Shown: positions 27,428 to 38,127, counted from the first letter of the stretch. The stretch: 64,000 nt of DNA from Coprobacillus sp. (GCA_021203905.1 JAJQAG010000003.1:192830-256829); one strand, 5' to 3'. The notes: generated from the letters alone by a model not told the origin. Translations and numbers: made by a program.

Positions 27428-27530
27428 ATTACTTTTTAGAAAATAATTTATTCTCTATAATAAACAATGGAAAAAGCCCATCCTAAATGGTAGACTAATA
27501 AAACGCGAACACAGACGAAAGGAAGATGTC

Positions 27531-29924
27531 ATGGGATACTTTGATCGACGCGCTCTCAATAAGTATGAAAAAGAAGCCTCAATGGTTTTATCTTATGAAG
27601 ATGAGATGAAAGCTCTCAGTGATGAAGAGCTAAAAGCCAAGACTCCTTATTTTAAAGAACTCCTCGCTCAGGGTAAGACCCTTGAAGACATCAAGATTGA
27701 AGCTTTTGCGGTGTGCCGTGAAGCCGCGAGAAGAACTATTGGTGAGTTCCCGTTTAAAGTCCAAGTCATGGGGGCTTTAGTCCTTCACGATGGTGATGTC
27801 GCTGAAATGAAAACTGGTGAAGGTAAAACCTTAACTGCTACGATGGCGGTCTATCTCAATGCTCTTGCGGGTAAAGGAGTGAATATCGTCACAGTGAACG
27901 AATACCTCTCCCAACGTGATGCAGCGTGGATGGGTCAGATCTATACATTCCTCGGTTTAACCGTAGGTTGTAACATTCGTGAACTCACCACCAGTCAAAA
28001 GCGAGATGCCTATAATTGTGATATTACTTATACCACCAACTCGGAACTTGGTTTCGATTATCTAAGAGATAACATGGTGGTGGACGCTAAAAAACGTGTC
28101 CTTAGAGGACTTGAGTATTGCATCGTTGATGAAGCGGACTCCATTCTTATCGATGAATCAAGGACTCCTCTTATTATCTCTGGTGGAGCGAAGGCCTCAC
28201 CTAGTCAATACACTGTTGCGGATCGTTTTGTCAAAACCCTCAAAGGGGAGAAAGACTATACAGTGGATGTCAAAGAGAAGACAGTCAACTTGACAGATGA
28301 AGGAAACGCGAAAGCAGAAAGAGCGTTTGGAGTGAGAAACCTCTATGAACCTCAATATGCTGACCTTGTTCATAGAATCCAGAATGCTCTTAAAGCGAAC
28401 TATATTATGGCGAGAGATGTTGATTATCTCGTCGACGCTAATCAACAAGTTCAGATCATCGACCAGTTTACTGGTCGTGTCTTGCCTGGAAGAGAGTGGT
28501 CTGATGGTCTCCATCAAGCGGTGCAGGCTAAAGAGAATGTTCCTATTAAGACCGAAACTGTGACCATGGCCACAATTACATATCAAAACTTCTTTAGACT
28601 CTTTAAGAAACTCGCGGGTATGACCGGTACCGCAAAAACCGAAGAAGAAGAGTTTAGAAAAATCTACAACATGCGTGTCGTCTGTGTGCCCACGAACATG
28701 CCATGTATTCGTGAGGACGCTATCGATTTCGTGTATGCCCATAAAGGACCTAAACTTGCCGCTCTTATTAAAGAAGTGAAAGAGAGACACGAGAAAGGAC
28801 AACCCATCCTTATTGGTACGGTCTCTGTTGAATCTTCAGAAGAGATTTCTGAACTCCTTACTCAAGCGGGTCTTAAGCATGAAATGCTTAATGCGAAGAA
28901 CCACGCTAGAGAAGCAGAGATTATCTCTCATGCTGGCGAAAAAGGACAAATCACCCTTGCCACTAATATGGCAGGACGTGGAACTGATATAAAGATTAAC
29001 GATGAAGTGAGAGCTCTTGGTGGTCTCTGCGTCTTTGGAACAGAGCGACATGAGTCTCGACGTATTGATAACCAACTACGAGGTCGTAGTGGTCGTCAAG
29101 GAGATCCCGGATTCTCTCGTTTCTATGTTTCCTTTGATGACACTCTTCTCGTGAGATTTGCCGCGGATAACATGAGAAATTATATTGAGAAGAATTTTGG
29201 TGATGAACCTCTTGAAGCCAAGATGGTTTCTAATATCATCACCAGTGCTCAAAAGAGAATCGAAGGACAGAACTTCGATACTCGTAAGACCCTTCTTGAT
29301 TATGATGATGTTTTAGCGAAGCAGAGACAAATTATCTATGATCGTCGTGATCGTATCATCCTTGGTCAAGACATCAGTGATATCATTGATGATATCTTTG
29401 TGACCACAGGTAACTTCTTAGCTCAGAGATCTGTTCCTGTAGGTAGCTCTAATAATCTCGTCAGCGCGGAGTTACTTATTAAGAATGTTGAACCCCGATT
29501 CCTTGAAGAAAACTCTATCAGTAAGCAACTTTATGATGAGTGTCCAGTGGAGGATGTGGGTCCAGATTTAGGAATGGTCATCTATGACCGCTGGAACAGA
29601 TTAAAGAGAGATTGGCCACAAGATGCTGTGGATGAGGTCACAAGAAGCATTATCTTACGCTGTATTGATAATAACTGGACAAAGCACATCGATACGATGT
29701 CTCGACTTAGAGAATCCATTGGTTTAAGAAGCTACGCTAACGTCAACCCACTTCAAGACTATGTGAATGAGGGATATGCTCTCTTTAATGACTGCTTAAA
29801 CCTCTCTTCTGTTGATGCAGTCCTAAACCTTGTGAATGTTAAAGTGGAAAAGAAACCCGTAGAAACTGCTCCTACGGATGCTCCTATAGAAAACCCAGAA
29901 GAAGAAAAAGAGGAAGGCAAATAA
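27531..29924 (+). CDS. secA: preprotein translocase ATPase SecA
   Basis: 797 aa with DEAD-motor motifs (MKTGEGKTL, DEADSILIDE). It lacks the C-terminal Cys-rich zinc tail. Confidence 0.95.
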   Translation: MGYFDRRALNKYEKEASMVLSYEDEMKALSDEELKAKTPYFKELLAQGKTLEDIKIEAFAVCREAARRTIGEFPFKVQVMGALVLHDGDVAEMKTGEGKTLTATMAVYLNALAGKGVNIVTVNEYLSQRDAAWMGQIYTFLGLTVGCNIRELTTSQKRDAYNCDITYTTNSELGFDYLRDNMVVDAKKRVLRGLEYCIVDEADSILIDESRTPLIISGGAKASPSQYTVADRFVKTLKGEKDYTVDVKEKTVNLTDEGNAKAERAFGVRNLYEPQYADLVHRIQNALKANYIMARDVDYLVDANQQVQIIDQFTGRVLPGREWSDGLHQAVQAKENVPIKTETVTMATITYQNFFRLFKKLAGMTGTAKTEEEEFRKIYNMRVVCVPTNMPCIREDAIDFVYAHKGPKLAALIKEVKERHEKGQPILIGTVSVESSEEISELLTQAGLKHEMLNAKNHAREAEIISHAGEKGQITLATNMAGRGTDIKINDEVRALGGLCVFGTERHESRRIDNQLRGRSGRQGDPGFSRFYVSFDDTLLVRFAADNMRNYIEKNFGDEPLEAKMVSNIITSAQKRIEGQNFDTRKTLLDYDDVLAKQRQIIYDRRDRIILGQDISDIIDDIFVTTGNFLAQRSVPVGSSNNLVSAELLIKNVEPRFLEENSISKQLYDECPVEDVGPDLGMVIYDRWNRLKRDWPQDAVDEVTRSIILRCIDNNWTKHIDTMSRLRESIGLRSYANVNPLQDYVNEGYALFNDCLNLSSVDAVLNLVNVKVEKKPVETAPTDAPIENPEEEKEEGK

Positions 29925-31028
29925 TGAAAGATTTAGTTTTACTAAAGCAAGAGTTGTTTGAAGTTGGAGAGGACTTGTCCCAACTAAGGTCTTCTCTTTG
30001 ACTTCGCTAAATTAACTAGCGAACTTAATCAATACGACAAAGAAATCGAACAAGAAGATTTTTGGAGTGATAAGAATCACGCCAAAGATGTTTTATCTAA
30101 GGCTAATTATAACCGCTCCTTACTCGAACGTTTTTCTTATATCTCCAATCTCTATAACGATATCGATGAGTTATTAAAATTAAACGATGATAGTCTTCTT
30201 GATGAGCTTGACACTCATCTACAAGAATTAAAGTCAAAAACTCAAGAATTTCGAATTGAAGTCCTTTTTAAAGGGAAATTCGATGATTGTAATGCGATTT
30301 TAGAAATCCATTCAGGAGCGGGCGGCACTGAAGCCATGGACTGGGCAAGCATGCTCTATAACATGTATTGTAACTATGCGATGCTTCACAAATTTAAAGT
30401 CCAAGTCATGGATATGGAAATGGGTGAAGAAGCCGGTATTAAGTCTTGTACTTTTAAGATTAGTGGTAAGCATGCCTATGGACTCTTAAAGTCCGAAAAA
30501 GGAGTACATCGTCTAGTAAGAATATCTCCTTTTGATGCGAACAAGAGAAGACACACCTCCTTCTCTAGTGTCTCGGTGATTCCTGAATTTCAAAACGATG
30601 ATATCGATATCGAAATTAGGGATGAAGATCTTAAGATTGATACCTATCGTAGTGGTGGAGCGGGTGGACAGAATGTCAACAAGGTCGAGACCGCTGTGAG
30701 AATTACTCATCTCCCCACAGGGATTGTCGTCTCTTGCCAAGTAGAGAGAACCCAAATGGACAATAAAGAGATGGCAATGAACATGCTTAGAGCGAAGCTC
30801 TATGTCCTAGAAGAAGAGAGAAGAACAGAAGAACTTAATAACATCATCGGAGAGAAGAAAAATATTGAGTGGGGTTCTCAAATTAGGTCTTATGTCTTCT
30901 GTCCTTACACCCTTGTGAAAGACAATAGAACAGGGTATGAGGAATACAATATTGATAAGGTTATGGGTGGAGAGATTGATGGTTTCTTATACGCATACCT
31001 AGAAAAGGAGGCCAAAGAAAATGTTTAA
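29924..31028 (+). CDS. prfB: peptide chain release factor 2, expressed via programmed +1 ribosomal frameshift
   Basis: ATG 29924 overlaps the secA stop (TAATG). The zero-frame encodes 25 codons ([25 protein letters not shown]) ending CTT-TGA-C at 29996-30002, with AAGG 10 nt upstream. The +1 frame continues to 31028 and contains SPF and GGQ motifs. Confidence 0.9.
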
Positions 31029-32022
31029 TCGATTAAAAAACATGACCGCTCATGAGTGGCGGGTATCGATTGGAAGATTAAGTTTAGTCTTTCTTGGATC
31101 AGTCGTCTTAGCATTTGGTACCGCAATCTTTCTCACACAATTAAATATCGTCTCTGGAGGCCTAGCGGGAATTGGTATTATCTGTCAGGCTCACTTCCCT
31201 AATACCCAGATTATTGATATTGTCGTTTTTATCGCGACATGGGTTCTCTGGGTTATTGGTTTAATCTTCGTTGGAAGGGGTTTTGCCGCAAAAACATTCC
31301 TTTCTTCGCTTATTTATCCACTTGCCCTTGCGCTTTTTCTCCGTGTAAATGTCTTCTCTAATATGGCGGAGTCTATTGCGGGAGATGGAGAGATTGGAAG
31401 AGTTTTATTATGCGCTATCTTTGGTGGAGTCTTTGTCGGTGGTGGTGTGGCCCTGACCTTCTTAGGAGGAGGGAGTACAGGAGGTCTAGATGTCTTCTGC
31501 TTCATCCTTCAAAAGTATGTCGGTATAAGAGAATCCATTACTTGCTTTGTCCTTGACGCTATCATTGTCATATTAGGTATGACCCTTATCCCTGATAATG
31601 TTGTTAATGGCCTGTGTGGTCTGCTATCAGCATTCTTGTGTGCCGCCATGGTGGAGGTTATCTACAATCGCCGAGGCTCATCCTATCAAGGAGATATTAT
31701 CTCAGATCACTGGGAAGAAATATCGCGGTTTGTTCAAGATGAACTGGGAAGAGGGGCGACTATCATTCCCGCCCAAGGGGGATATAAAGGAGAAAAGAGA
31801 ACCATTCTTCGTGTGGTTATTGATTCCACTCAATTAAATAGACTTAGAGATTATATTGCTTCAGTGGATCCAAGTGCCTTTATGACCTTTACACAAGTTA
31901 GTGCGGCCTATGGAGAGGGATTTAAGTCTAATAAGAGAACTGTCCCCTATGGAAAAAAGATAGAAGAAGTAGCTAAAAAAGAAGAAAATAACGAAGATTT
32001 GCAGGAAAAAGATGAAAAATAG
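31021..32022 (+). CDS. YitT family membrane protein (DUF161 + DUF2179)
   Basis: Polytopic N-terminal half with a Gly-rich segment. The C-terminal soluble DUF2179-like domain has a K/E tail. Confidence 0.75.
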   Translation: MFNRLKNMTAHEWRVSIGRLSLVFLGSVVLAFGTAIFLTQLNIVSGGLAGIGIICQAHFPNTQIIDIVVFIATWVLWVIGLIFVGRGFAAKTFLSSLIYPLALALFLRVNVFSNMAESIAGDGEIGRVLLCAIFGGVFVGGGVALTFLGGGSTGGLDVFCFILQKYVGIRESITCFVLDAIIVILGMTLIPDNVVNGLCGLLSAFLCAAMVEVIYNRRGSSYQGDIISDHWEEISRFVQDELGRGATIIPAQGGYKGEKRTILRVVIDSTQLNRLRDYIASVDPSAFMTFTQVSAAYGEGFKSNKRTVPYGKKIEEVAKKEENNEDLQEKDEK

Positions 32023-33997
32023 TCAAGAATTTCAGATTGTTTCTAGCTATAAACCAACAGGTGATCAACCTCAAGCGATTGAGAAAATTTATCATGGTTT
32101 GAAAGAGGGAAAACCCCTTCAAGTTCTTCTAGGCGCCACTGGAACTGGTAAGACTTTTACCATGGCTAATATCATTGAGAAATGGCAGAAACCCACTTTA
32201 ATTCTTGTTCATAACAAGACCCTTGCGAGTCAATTATATGGGGAGTTTAAAGAACTCTTTCCTAATAACAGAGTGGAGTATTTTGTCTCTAACTTTGATT
32301 ATTATCAACCCGAGGCTTATATTCCTAAGACAGACACCTACATTGATAAATCAGTGGTCATGAATGATGAGATTGAGATGTTAAGAACAAGCGCGATTAA
32401 CTCTGTTCTCGAGAGAAGAGACACCATTGTCATTGCGTCAGTTGCGTCAATTTATGGCCTAACTGATCCAGATGAGTATCGTAACTTAGTTTTTGAAGTC
32501 AGAGTGGGAGAAGAGATTAATCGTAAGCAATTCTTCGCTCACCTTGTGCAAGCGATGTATAAGAGGAATGATATTGATCCCGCTCCGGGAACATTCAGAG
32601 TAAGGGGAGATATAATCGAAGTGGTTCCTATGGATAGCGCCACTAACTCCATTATTCGTATAGATACTTTTGGGGATGAGGTTGAAAGAATTCTTGAGGT
32701 TAATAATCTAACAGGAGAGATCAAACATAGTTATCAAACCTATCCCATCTATCCTGCTTATGACCATGCTTCTAGTAGAGAAAGAACAGTCAAAGCCTGT
32801 GATAAAATCAAAGCGGAATTAGAAGAAAGAATCCAGTATTTCAAGGATAATGATAAACCTCTAGAGGCGGAGCGTATTGAACTTAGAACCCGTCAAGACA
32901 TCGATTCCCTTCTTGAATTTGGTATCTGCCCTGGTATTGAAAACTACTCCCGTCATCTCGATGGTCGAAATGAAGGCGAGAGGCCTTTCTGTCTCTTTGA
33001 TTACTTCCCTAAAGACTTCTTATTAATCATTGATGAATCTCACCAAACCATCCCTCAAATAAGAGGCATGTACTTTGGTGATCGAAGTCGTAAAGAAACC
33101 CTTGTGCAGTATGGATTTAGATTACCATCCGCTCTCGATAATAGACCTTTAAACTTTGAAGAGTTTGAATCTCTTATGCCTCAGACTATTTGTATGAGCG
33201 CTACCCCAGGTCAATATGAACTTGAGAGAGTCAATCATGAGGTTGTGGAGCAGATTATCCGTCCAACAGGACTCCTTGATCCCGAGATTGAAGTAAGACC
33301 CACTCGTGGACAAATCGAGGATGTTATTCAAGAGATTAACAAGCGAGTCGCCGCTAACGAGAGAGTAATTATTGTCACTCTCACTATCAATATGAGTGAA
33401 GATCTAACCTCTTATCTCAAGGAGAGAGGAATTAAGGTCATGTATCTCCATCACGAGATTAAAACCTTGGAAAGAGGGGAGATTGTCTATCAACTGCGTA
33501 AAGGAAAGTATGATGTCTTACTTGGAATCAACCTCTTAAGAGAGGGTCTTGATATTCCCGAAGCTTCCTTAATGATTATCCTCGATGCGGATAAGGAAGG
33601 ATTATTTAGAAACCCCACCTCTCTTATCCAAGTCATTGGTCGTGTGGCCCGTAATGTTCATGGTAAAGTCATCATGTACGCTGATGAAATGACTAGTTCC
33701 ATGAAGTACGCTATCGACGAAACAATGAGAAGAAGGAGAATTCAAGATAAATACAACCAAGATAATGGAATTATTCCCACAAGTATTGAGAAACCTATTA
33801 ATCCTCCAATTCACAATAGCGATGATGAGATTAGTGAGACGATTAAACTCACTAAGAATGGTGATAAGAAACTCATTAGGGAGAGAATTAAAGATCTCAA
33901 TGCTCAGATGAAGAGTGCCGCGGATGCTCTTGATTTTGAGAGAGCGGCAACTTTGAGAGATGTGATTATTGAGCTTCAAGAAAGCCTTCACGAATAA
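32012..33997 (+). CDS. uvrB: excinuclease ABC subunit B
   Basis: 661 aa. Helicase motifs (GATGTGKTF, DESH), the beta-hairpin region and a C-terminal UvrB/UvrC interaction domain. Confidence 0.95.
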   Translation: MKNSQEFQIVSSYKPTGDQPQAIEKIYHGLKEGKPLQVLLGATGTGKTFTMANIIEKWQKPTLILVHNKTLASQLYGEFKELFPNNRVEYFVSNFDYYQPEAYIPKTDTYIDKSVVMNDEIEMLRTSAINSVLERRDTIVIASVASIYGLTDPDEYRNLVFEVRVGEEINRKQFFAHLVQAMYKRNDIDPAPGTFRVRGDIIEVVPMDSATNSIIRIDTFGDEVERILEVNNLTGEIKHSYQTYPIYPAYDHASSRERTVKACDKIKAELEERIQYFKDNDKPLEAERIELRTRQDIDSLLEFGICPGIENYSRHLDGRNEGERPFCLFDYFPKDFLLIIDESHQTIPQIRGMYFGDRSRKETLVQYGFRLPSALDNRPLNFEEFESLMPQTICMSATPGQYELERVNHEVVEQIIRPTGLLDPEIEVRPTRGQIEDVIQEINKRVAANERVIIVTLTINMSEDLTSYLKERGIKVMYLHHEIKTLERGEIVYQLRKGKYDVLLGINLLREGLDIPEASLMIILDADKEGLFRNPTSLIQVIGRVARNVHGKVIMYADEMTSSMKYAIDETMRRRRIQDKYNQDNGIIPTSIEKPINPPIHNSDDEISETIKLTKNGDKKLIRERIKDLNAQMKSAADALDFERAATLRDVIIELQESLHE

Positions 33998-34054
33998 ATA
34001 TTGCACTTCTTATAAAAGTGCACTAATATATTAAATTGCTGAAAGGATAGCATT

Positions 34055-34285
34055 ATGACAGGTTGGTATGATTGGATCTTCTTAGTTGTGGCGATAGTCA
34101 TCATTGTCCTCTGTCTCCTTCAAGGTGGTAAGACCGAAGGTGCCTCTGGAGCGATCACTGGTGGCGGTTTAAATGTGTTCGTCCAAACTAAGGAAAGAGG
34201 CAGTGACCGAGTGATGTCCATCTTAACTCTCTGCTTCACCATTGTCTTCTTCCTTGCCGCTATCTTAATCAATATCCTCGCCTAA
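34055..34285 (+). CDS. secG: preprotein translocase subunit SecG
   Basis: 76 aa with two TM helices flanking a Gly-rich loop (GGKTEGASGAITGGG). Confidence 0.8.
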   Translation: MTGWYDWIFLVVAIVIIVLCLLQGGKTEGASGAITGGGLNVFVQTKERGSDRVMSILTLCFTIVFFLAAILINILA

Positions 34286-34312
34286 AAGATTGAATAAATA
34301 GAAATAAAAAAC

Positions 34313-34335
34313 TCCGTTCAACGCGGAGCTTTTTA
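34313..34335. terminator. bidirectional rho-independent terminator
   Basis: CTCCG-ttcaacg-CGGAG stem flanked by A6 and T5 runs. It lies between convergent secG and a membrane-protein gene. Confidence 0.55.
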
Positions 34336-34357
34336 TTTGGCATCAATGCTTAATGCA

Positions 34358-34930
34358 TTAGGCTGCTTTCTTTTTTCTGCAATTAATCCAAACGAGGTAG
34401 CAACCAGCGATAAGGACAATGGCACCAAGAATGCAGTAGATTGTGATGTGCACCCAATCCCAGGTATCTTCATAGATACCATAGATGGCGACAATGCCCG
34501 CCGCAGCAATAACCGCACCACCGATTAAGAAGAGTAAGAACCAACCAATCTTAATCTTTCTGATGAGGAGAAAAATACCACGGACAATGAGGCAGACACC
34601 AACGAGGGCAAGGACCATTCCTACAAACCAAGTTAAGGAATCGCCGAGGACATTAGGAATCACTGCACCAAAGACACAGCCAATAGCAATAATTAGTGAG
34701 CCTGTTGCAAGAGCCATGGGGAATTTGGTGTCTTTGTGGGCGAAGATATTGCTAATGATGAGCAATAATCCATAGACCACAGCAACGAGACCAACGAGTC
34801 CGCCGATGATCCAGTCTAAGCTTCCCACATCAATTGCTGCGAGAACGATGACAGCAATGCCAACGACTGCTAGAAGAACACCGCAAACTACTTGTACCCA
34901 TTTGTTATGCACGGAAACTGAATTTGCCAT
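34358..34930 (-). CDS. HdeD-like / DUF308-type polytopic membrane protein
   Basis: 190 aa of repeated Gly-rich TM hairpins (GxxLLxxGIxxIVLA...). Confidence 0.4.
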   Translation of the reverse strand: MANSVSVHNKWVQVVCGVLLAVVGIAVIVLAAIDVGSLDWIIGGLVGLVAVVYGLLLIISNIFAHKDTKFPMALATGSLIIAIGCVFGAVIPNVLGDSLTWFVGMVLALVGVCLIVRGIFLLIRKIKIGWFLLFLIGGAVIAAAGIVAIYGIYEDTWDWVHITIYCILGAIVLIAGCYLVWINCRKKKAA

Positions 34931-35005
34931 AACGTAATCTCCTTTAAACCTTATTTATATTATATAAAAACTATGCTTTATTGTTAATGGCAAATTTAGC
35001 ATTTA

Positions 35006-35302
35006 TTAACACTGTTCAATATCTAGTAAGTCAGATATTTTGATTCTATCGTTGTGTTCGGTAATTATTAATTTATTAAATTCATCAATCTTTTTGATTT
35101 GATCTTCTATCGTAATGCGTTTGCCATTTGTGTAATAGACAATTTTTAAGACACTTCCGTCGTAGTGGGTAAGATAAGTATTGATTTTTTCCGCTAATTC
35201 GTTCGAGATAGTGGGTTTTTCAATAAATTCTTCTTTCTTCTTATAGTCAAAGTTCTGCTCTGTGAGGGACTTATAGGGCATCCATTTCTTCATATCACTC
35301 AT
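35006..35302 (-). CDS. YolD-like protein (accessory to Y-family polymerase)
   Basis: 98 aa. Its start codon overlaps the stop codon of the upstream Y-family polymerase gene (ATGA). This matches the Bacillus uvrX-yolD / yqjW-yqjX arrangement. Confidence 0.5.
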   Translation of the reverse strand: MSDMKKWMPYKSLTEQNFDYKKKEEFIEKPTISNELAEKINTYLTHYDGSVLKIVYYTNGKRITIEDQIKKIDEFNKLIITEHNDRIKISDLLDIEQC

Positions 35303-36546
35303 TTACGATGTCCTCCTATTTGGTTGTGTCTCTCTAGGGCGGTGCTCCCCTCTAAGAGAGATGAGGCTTTAAATAGGGAGTTCTTCCCATATTTGTTTTT
35401 GATATCCGCGATACAATAGTCAAGGGCTCTCTTTTCATTCTCTTGTTCAATAGGAGTGAAGAGAGATAATTGCTCACTGTTCTTTAAGAGTTTAAGCTTC
35501 CCAAAGGCAATGGATAATCTTCTGATCTTCTTCGTGGGATCCGTGATGAGATCAAGGATTCTTATTAAGGCGTCATAGAGTTCATCTCTGTCATCTGTCG
35601 CACGATTAAGAGACATCTGTTTACTACTTCCTCCCGCTTTTGAATAACCAACATAGAGATGAACACACTTAGTGAGTTTCTTCTCAAGGTGTAGTCTCTC
35701 ACAGAGATCTTCACACATCTCTCTAATCAAGAGTTTACTCTCTTCTTTAGAGTAGTCTCTCATAAGGGTTTGTCCAATGGTGAGAGATGTCTCTTCTGGA
35801 ACATAGACTTCATGAATATCTGATTCATCGATTCCGTTTGCGTGTTCCCAGAGTTGTTCTCCCACCACTCCAAACTTCTCTTTAAGAAACTCCTTTGAGG
35901 AATTCGCTAAATCCCCCATGTTATAGATTCCATACTTATTGAGTTTGACTTCTGTATTCATTCCTATCCCCCATATCTTATTAAGAGGAGAGATAGGCCA
36001 GAGTTTCTCTTTAATCTCCTCTTGATAGATCTCTCCAATATGATTTCTAGCGCTTTTTGCGTAGTTATCAAGGGCAACCTTAGATAAAAAGAGAGAATCT
36101 CCAATACCCGCTGCGACAATCAAACCTGTCTCATCTTTGATAGTCTTAATAATCTTTTTAACTAATGAAATAGCGTCCATCTTATAGAAAGAGAGATACT
36201 TTGTAAAATCGATAAAGACTTCATCAATAGAGTAGACATGAATATCTTTTTCATCCGCATAACGAAGCAAAATGGAGATAACTTCATAGGAGAGTTCAAT
36301 ATATCGTGACATCCTTGGGAGGGCGTATATATACTCTCTCCCTTTAGGAAGATCTTGTAATCTGAGTCTTGAAGAAACTCCTTGTTTCTTTAAGTAAGGA
36401 GTAACGGAGAGAATAATGGTATTCTTTCCTCTCTCCTTATCACACACGACTAAAGGAGTGGAGTTAGGATCAAGACCCCGATCCACACACTCCGCCGTGG
36501 CATAGAAAGCCTTTAAATCAAAGACACAGATTACCCTTTTATTCAT
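35299..36546 (-). CDS. Y-family translesion DNA polymerase (UmuC/DinB/UvrX-like)
   Basis: 415 aa. N-terminus VICVFDLKAFYATAE, the catalytic palm SIDEVFID, and a little-finger domain. Confidence 0.85.
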   Translation of the reverse strand: MNKRVICVFDLKAFYATAECVDRGLDPNSTPLVVCDKERGKNTIILSVTPYLKKQGVSSRLRLQDLPKGREYIYALPRMSRYIELSYEVISILLRYADEKDIHVYSIDEVFIDFTKYLSFYKMDAISLVKKIIKTIKDETGLIVAAGIGDSLFLSKVALDNYAKSARNHIGEIYQEEIKEKLWPISPLNKIWGIGMNTEVKLNKYGIYNMGDLANSSKEFLKEKFGVVGEQLWEHANGIDESDIHEVYVPEETSLTIGQTLMRDYSKEESKLLIREMCEDLCERLHLEKKLTKCVHLYVGYSKAGGSSKQMSLNRATDDRDELYDALIRILDLITDPTKKIRRLSIAFGKLKLLKNSEQLSLFTPIEQENEKRALDYCIADIKNKYGKNSLFKASSLLEGSTALERHNQIGGHRK

Positions 36547-36673
36547 ATTTAATATTGTATAGAGAAACTATCTGATATTCAGTTGAAATTTTCTTCATTT
36601 TTCTGTCTCTGTCATCTTTTATGGAGATGTAAAAAATGTTAAACTATTACTACATGATAGAAGGTATGTAATT

Positions 36674-37843
36674 ATGAGTGGAACTGATATTTTTCTTATC
36701 GTTATTGGTGTGATCTTAGTGGTGGCTATTATTGTGCTTATCACCCTTTTAATTGTGAGATTCACTCGTCGTAAGAATGATGAAACCACTCAAGGAAACA
36801 GTGAAATAGATAATAAAACCCTCCTAGATTTTAAAGATAGTATCTCCGGAGAACTCAATAATCGCTTTAAAGAGATGAATGAGAGATTAGAGAAGAACCA
36901 AGAATCTATTAATGAAACAGTAAATAAACAACTCAATGAGATGGATGTAAAACTTGATCGTAAACTCGGAGAGAGCAGTGAGAAGACAGAGAATCGTCTC
37001 AAAGAAGTTAATGAAACTGTTCAGAAAGTCATAGAAACCCAAAAGACCCTTGATGAGACCACAAAAGATGTTGTGGATTTAAAAGTAGTCCTCGAAGGTA
37101 ACCAAACCCGAGGCCAATATGGAGAGATGCAACTCTCTTCCATCTTACAACGCTACTTCCATGAACCTAGTGAAGGTACCTACTTAGAGCAATATAAGAT
37201 GCCCAAGGCTAAAGATGGAAGCGATGTTAGAGCGGACGCGGTCGTCTTTCTACCCAATAACCTCTATGTTTGTGTGGATTCTAAATTCCCCTTTCAAGAT
37301 TATCAAAGAATGTTTGAGAACAAAGAAGAGGAAGAGAAATATAAGAATGATTTTATGCGAGCGGTCAAAAAGCACATCAAAGATATCAGTGATAAATACA
37401 TCCTTGAAGGAGAGACCTTCCCTCAAGCTATCATGTTTATCCCTAATGATGGGATTGATGCTTTTATCCACTACGAATTACCAGATGTCGTGGACTATGC
37501 TTATTCTCTTAATGTCATTCTTGCTTCTCCTCGTGTCCTTGGACCCTTACTCACAGAAATTAGAATGCTCAAACAAGAAGAGAAGAGAAATAAGCTTGCG
37601 AAGCAGTTAACAGTGGAACTCAATAAACTCGGAACCCAATTTAGATTATTCTCTAATGAGTGGTCAACTTTCTCTAATCGTATTGAAGGACTCCACAACG
37701 ACGCAGGTAAAATCTCTAAGAGAACAGAAAACATTACCAAGAACTTCGATAAGATTAAAGAAGGAGAACTTGGGATTATTGATAATAGTGAAATCCCTGA
37801 AATAGAGGAAACCACTCCTAGTGTGGAAATAGATTCAGAGTAA
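36674..37843 (+). CDS. rmuC: DNA recombination protein RmuC
   Basis: N-terminal TM anchor, a long coiled-coil region, and a C-terminal RmuC nuclease-like domain. Confidence 0.8.
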   Translation: MSGTDIFLIVIGVILVVAIIVLITLLIVRFTRRKNDETTQGNSEIDNKTLLDFKDSISGELNNRFKEMNERLEKNQESINETVNKQLNEMDVKLDRKLGESSEKTENRLKEVNETVQKVIETQKTLDETTKDVVDLKVVLEGNQTRGQYGEMQLSSILQRYFHEPSEGTYLEQYKMPKAKDGSDVRADAVVFLPNNLYVCVDSKFPFQDYQRMFENKEEEEKYKNDFMRAVKKHIKDISDKYILEGETFPQAIMFIPNDGIDAFIHYELPDVVDYAYSLNVILASPRVLGPLLTEIRMLKQEEKRNKLAKQLTVELNKLGTQFRLFSNEWSTFSNRIEGLHNDAGKISKRTENITKNFDKIKEGELGIIDNSEIPEIEETTPSVEIDSE

Positions 37844-37871
37844 AACCCTCAGAGAAGTATTTACAGAAAAA

Positions 37872-37897
37872 GCCACTTAACAATAAGTGACTTTTTT
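37872..37897. terminator. rho-independent terminator downstream of rmuC
   Basis: CACTTA-acaa-TAAGTG stem followed by a T6 run. Confidence 0.45.
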
Positions 37898-37928
37898 GTA
37901 TTATCGTAATATATTGATTTTCTTTTAC

Positions 37929-38004
37929 TGGTGGACCTGAAGGGGCTCGAACCCTCCACCTCGTCGTTGCGAACGACGCGCTCTTCCAGATGAGCTACAG
38001 GCCC
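37929..38004 (-). tRNA. tRNA-Ala (anticodon CGC)
   Basis: Reverse complement reads GGGCCTGTAGCTCATCTGGAAGAGCGCGTCGTTCGCAACGACGAGGTGGAGGGTTCGAGCCCCTTCAGGTCCACCA. It is a 76-nt cloverleaf with the G3:U70 alanine identity pair. Anticodon loop is TTCGCAA, and CCA is encoded. Confidence 0.85.
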
Positions 38005-38108
38005 AGTAAATACAATATTATAAATATCTAGGTAAAAAATCAATTAAACAAGAGAGCATGATGCTTGATTTTATATAAGGATACTTTATAATATAGTTAG
38101 AAATAGAA

Positions 38109-38123
38109 TTATTCTAATTATAA
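38109..38123. promoter_or_regulatory. candidate PerR/Fur-type box TTATTCTAATTATAA abutting the perR start codon
   Basis: 12 of 15 positions match the Bacillus 7-1-7 Per box consensus TTATAATnATTATAA. It is in an AT-rich leader with no obvious Shine-Dalgarno. Confidence 0.3.
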
Positions 38124-38127
38124 ATTT

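Noticed and set aside
36547-36673. Searched for a LexA (Cheo) box upstream of the Y-family polymerase.
   Set aside because: No GAAC-N4-GTTC or similar palindrome is present, so it is reported as absent rather than called.
37861-38043. 60-aa minus-strand ORF.
   Set aside because: It overlaps the tRNA-Ala gene and its flanking terminator, so it is spurious.
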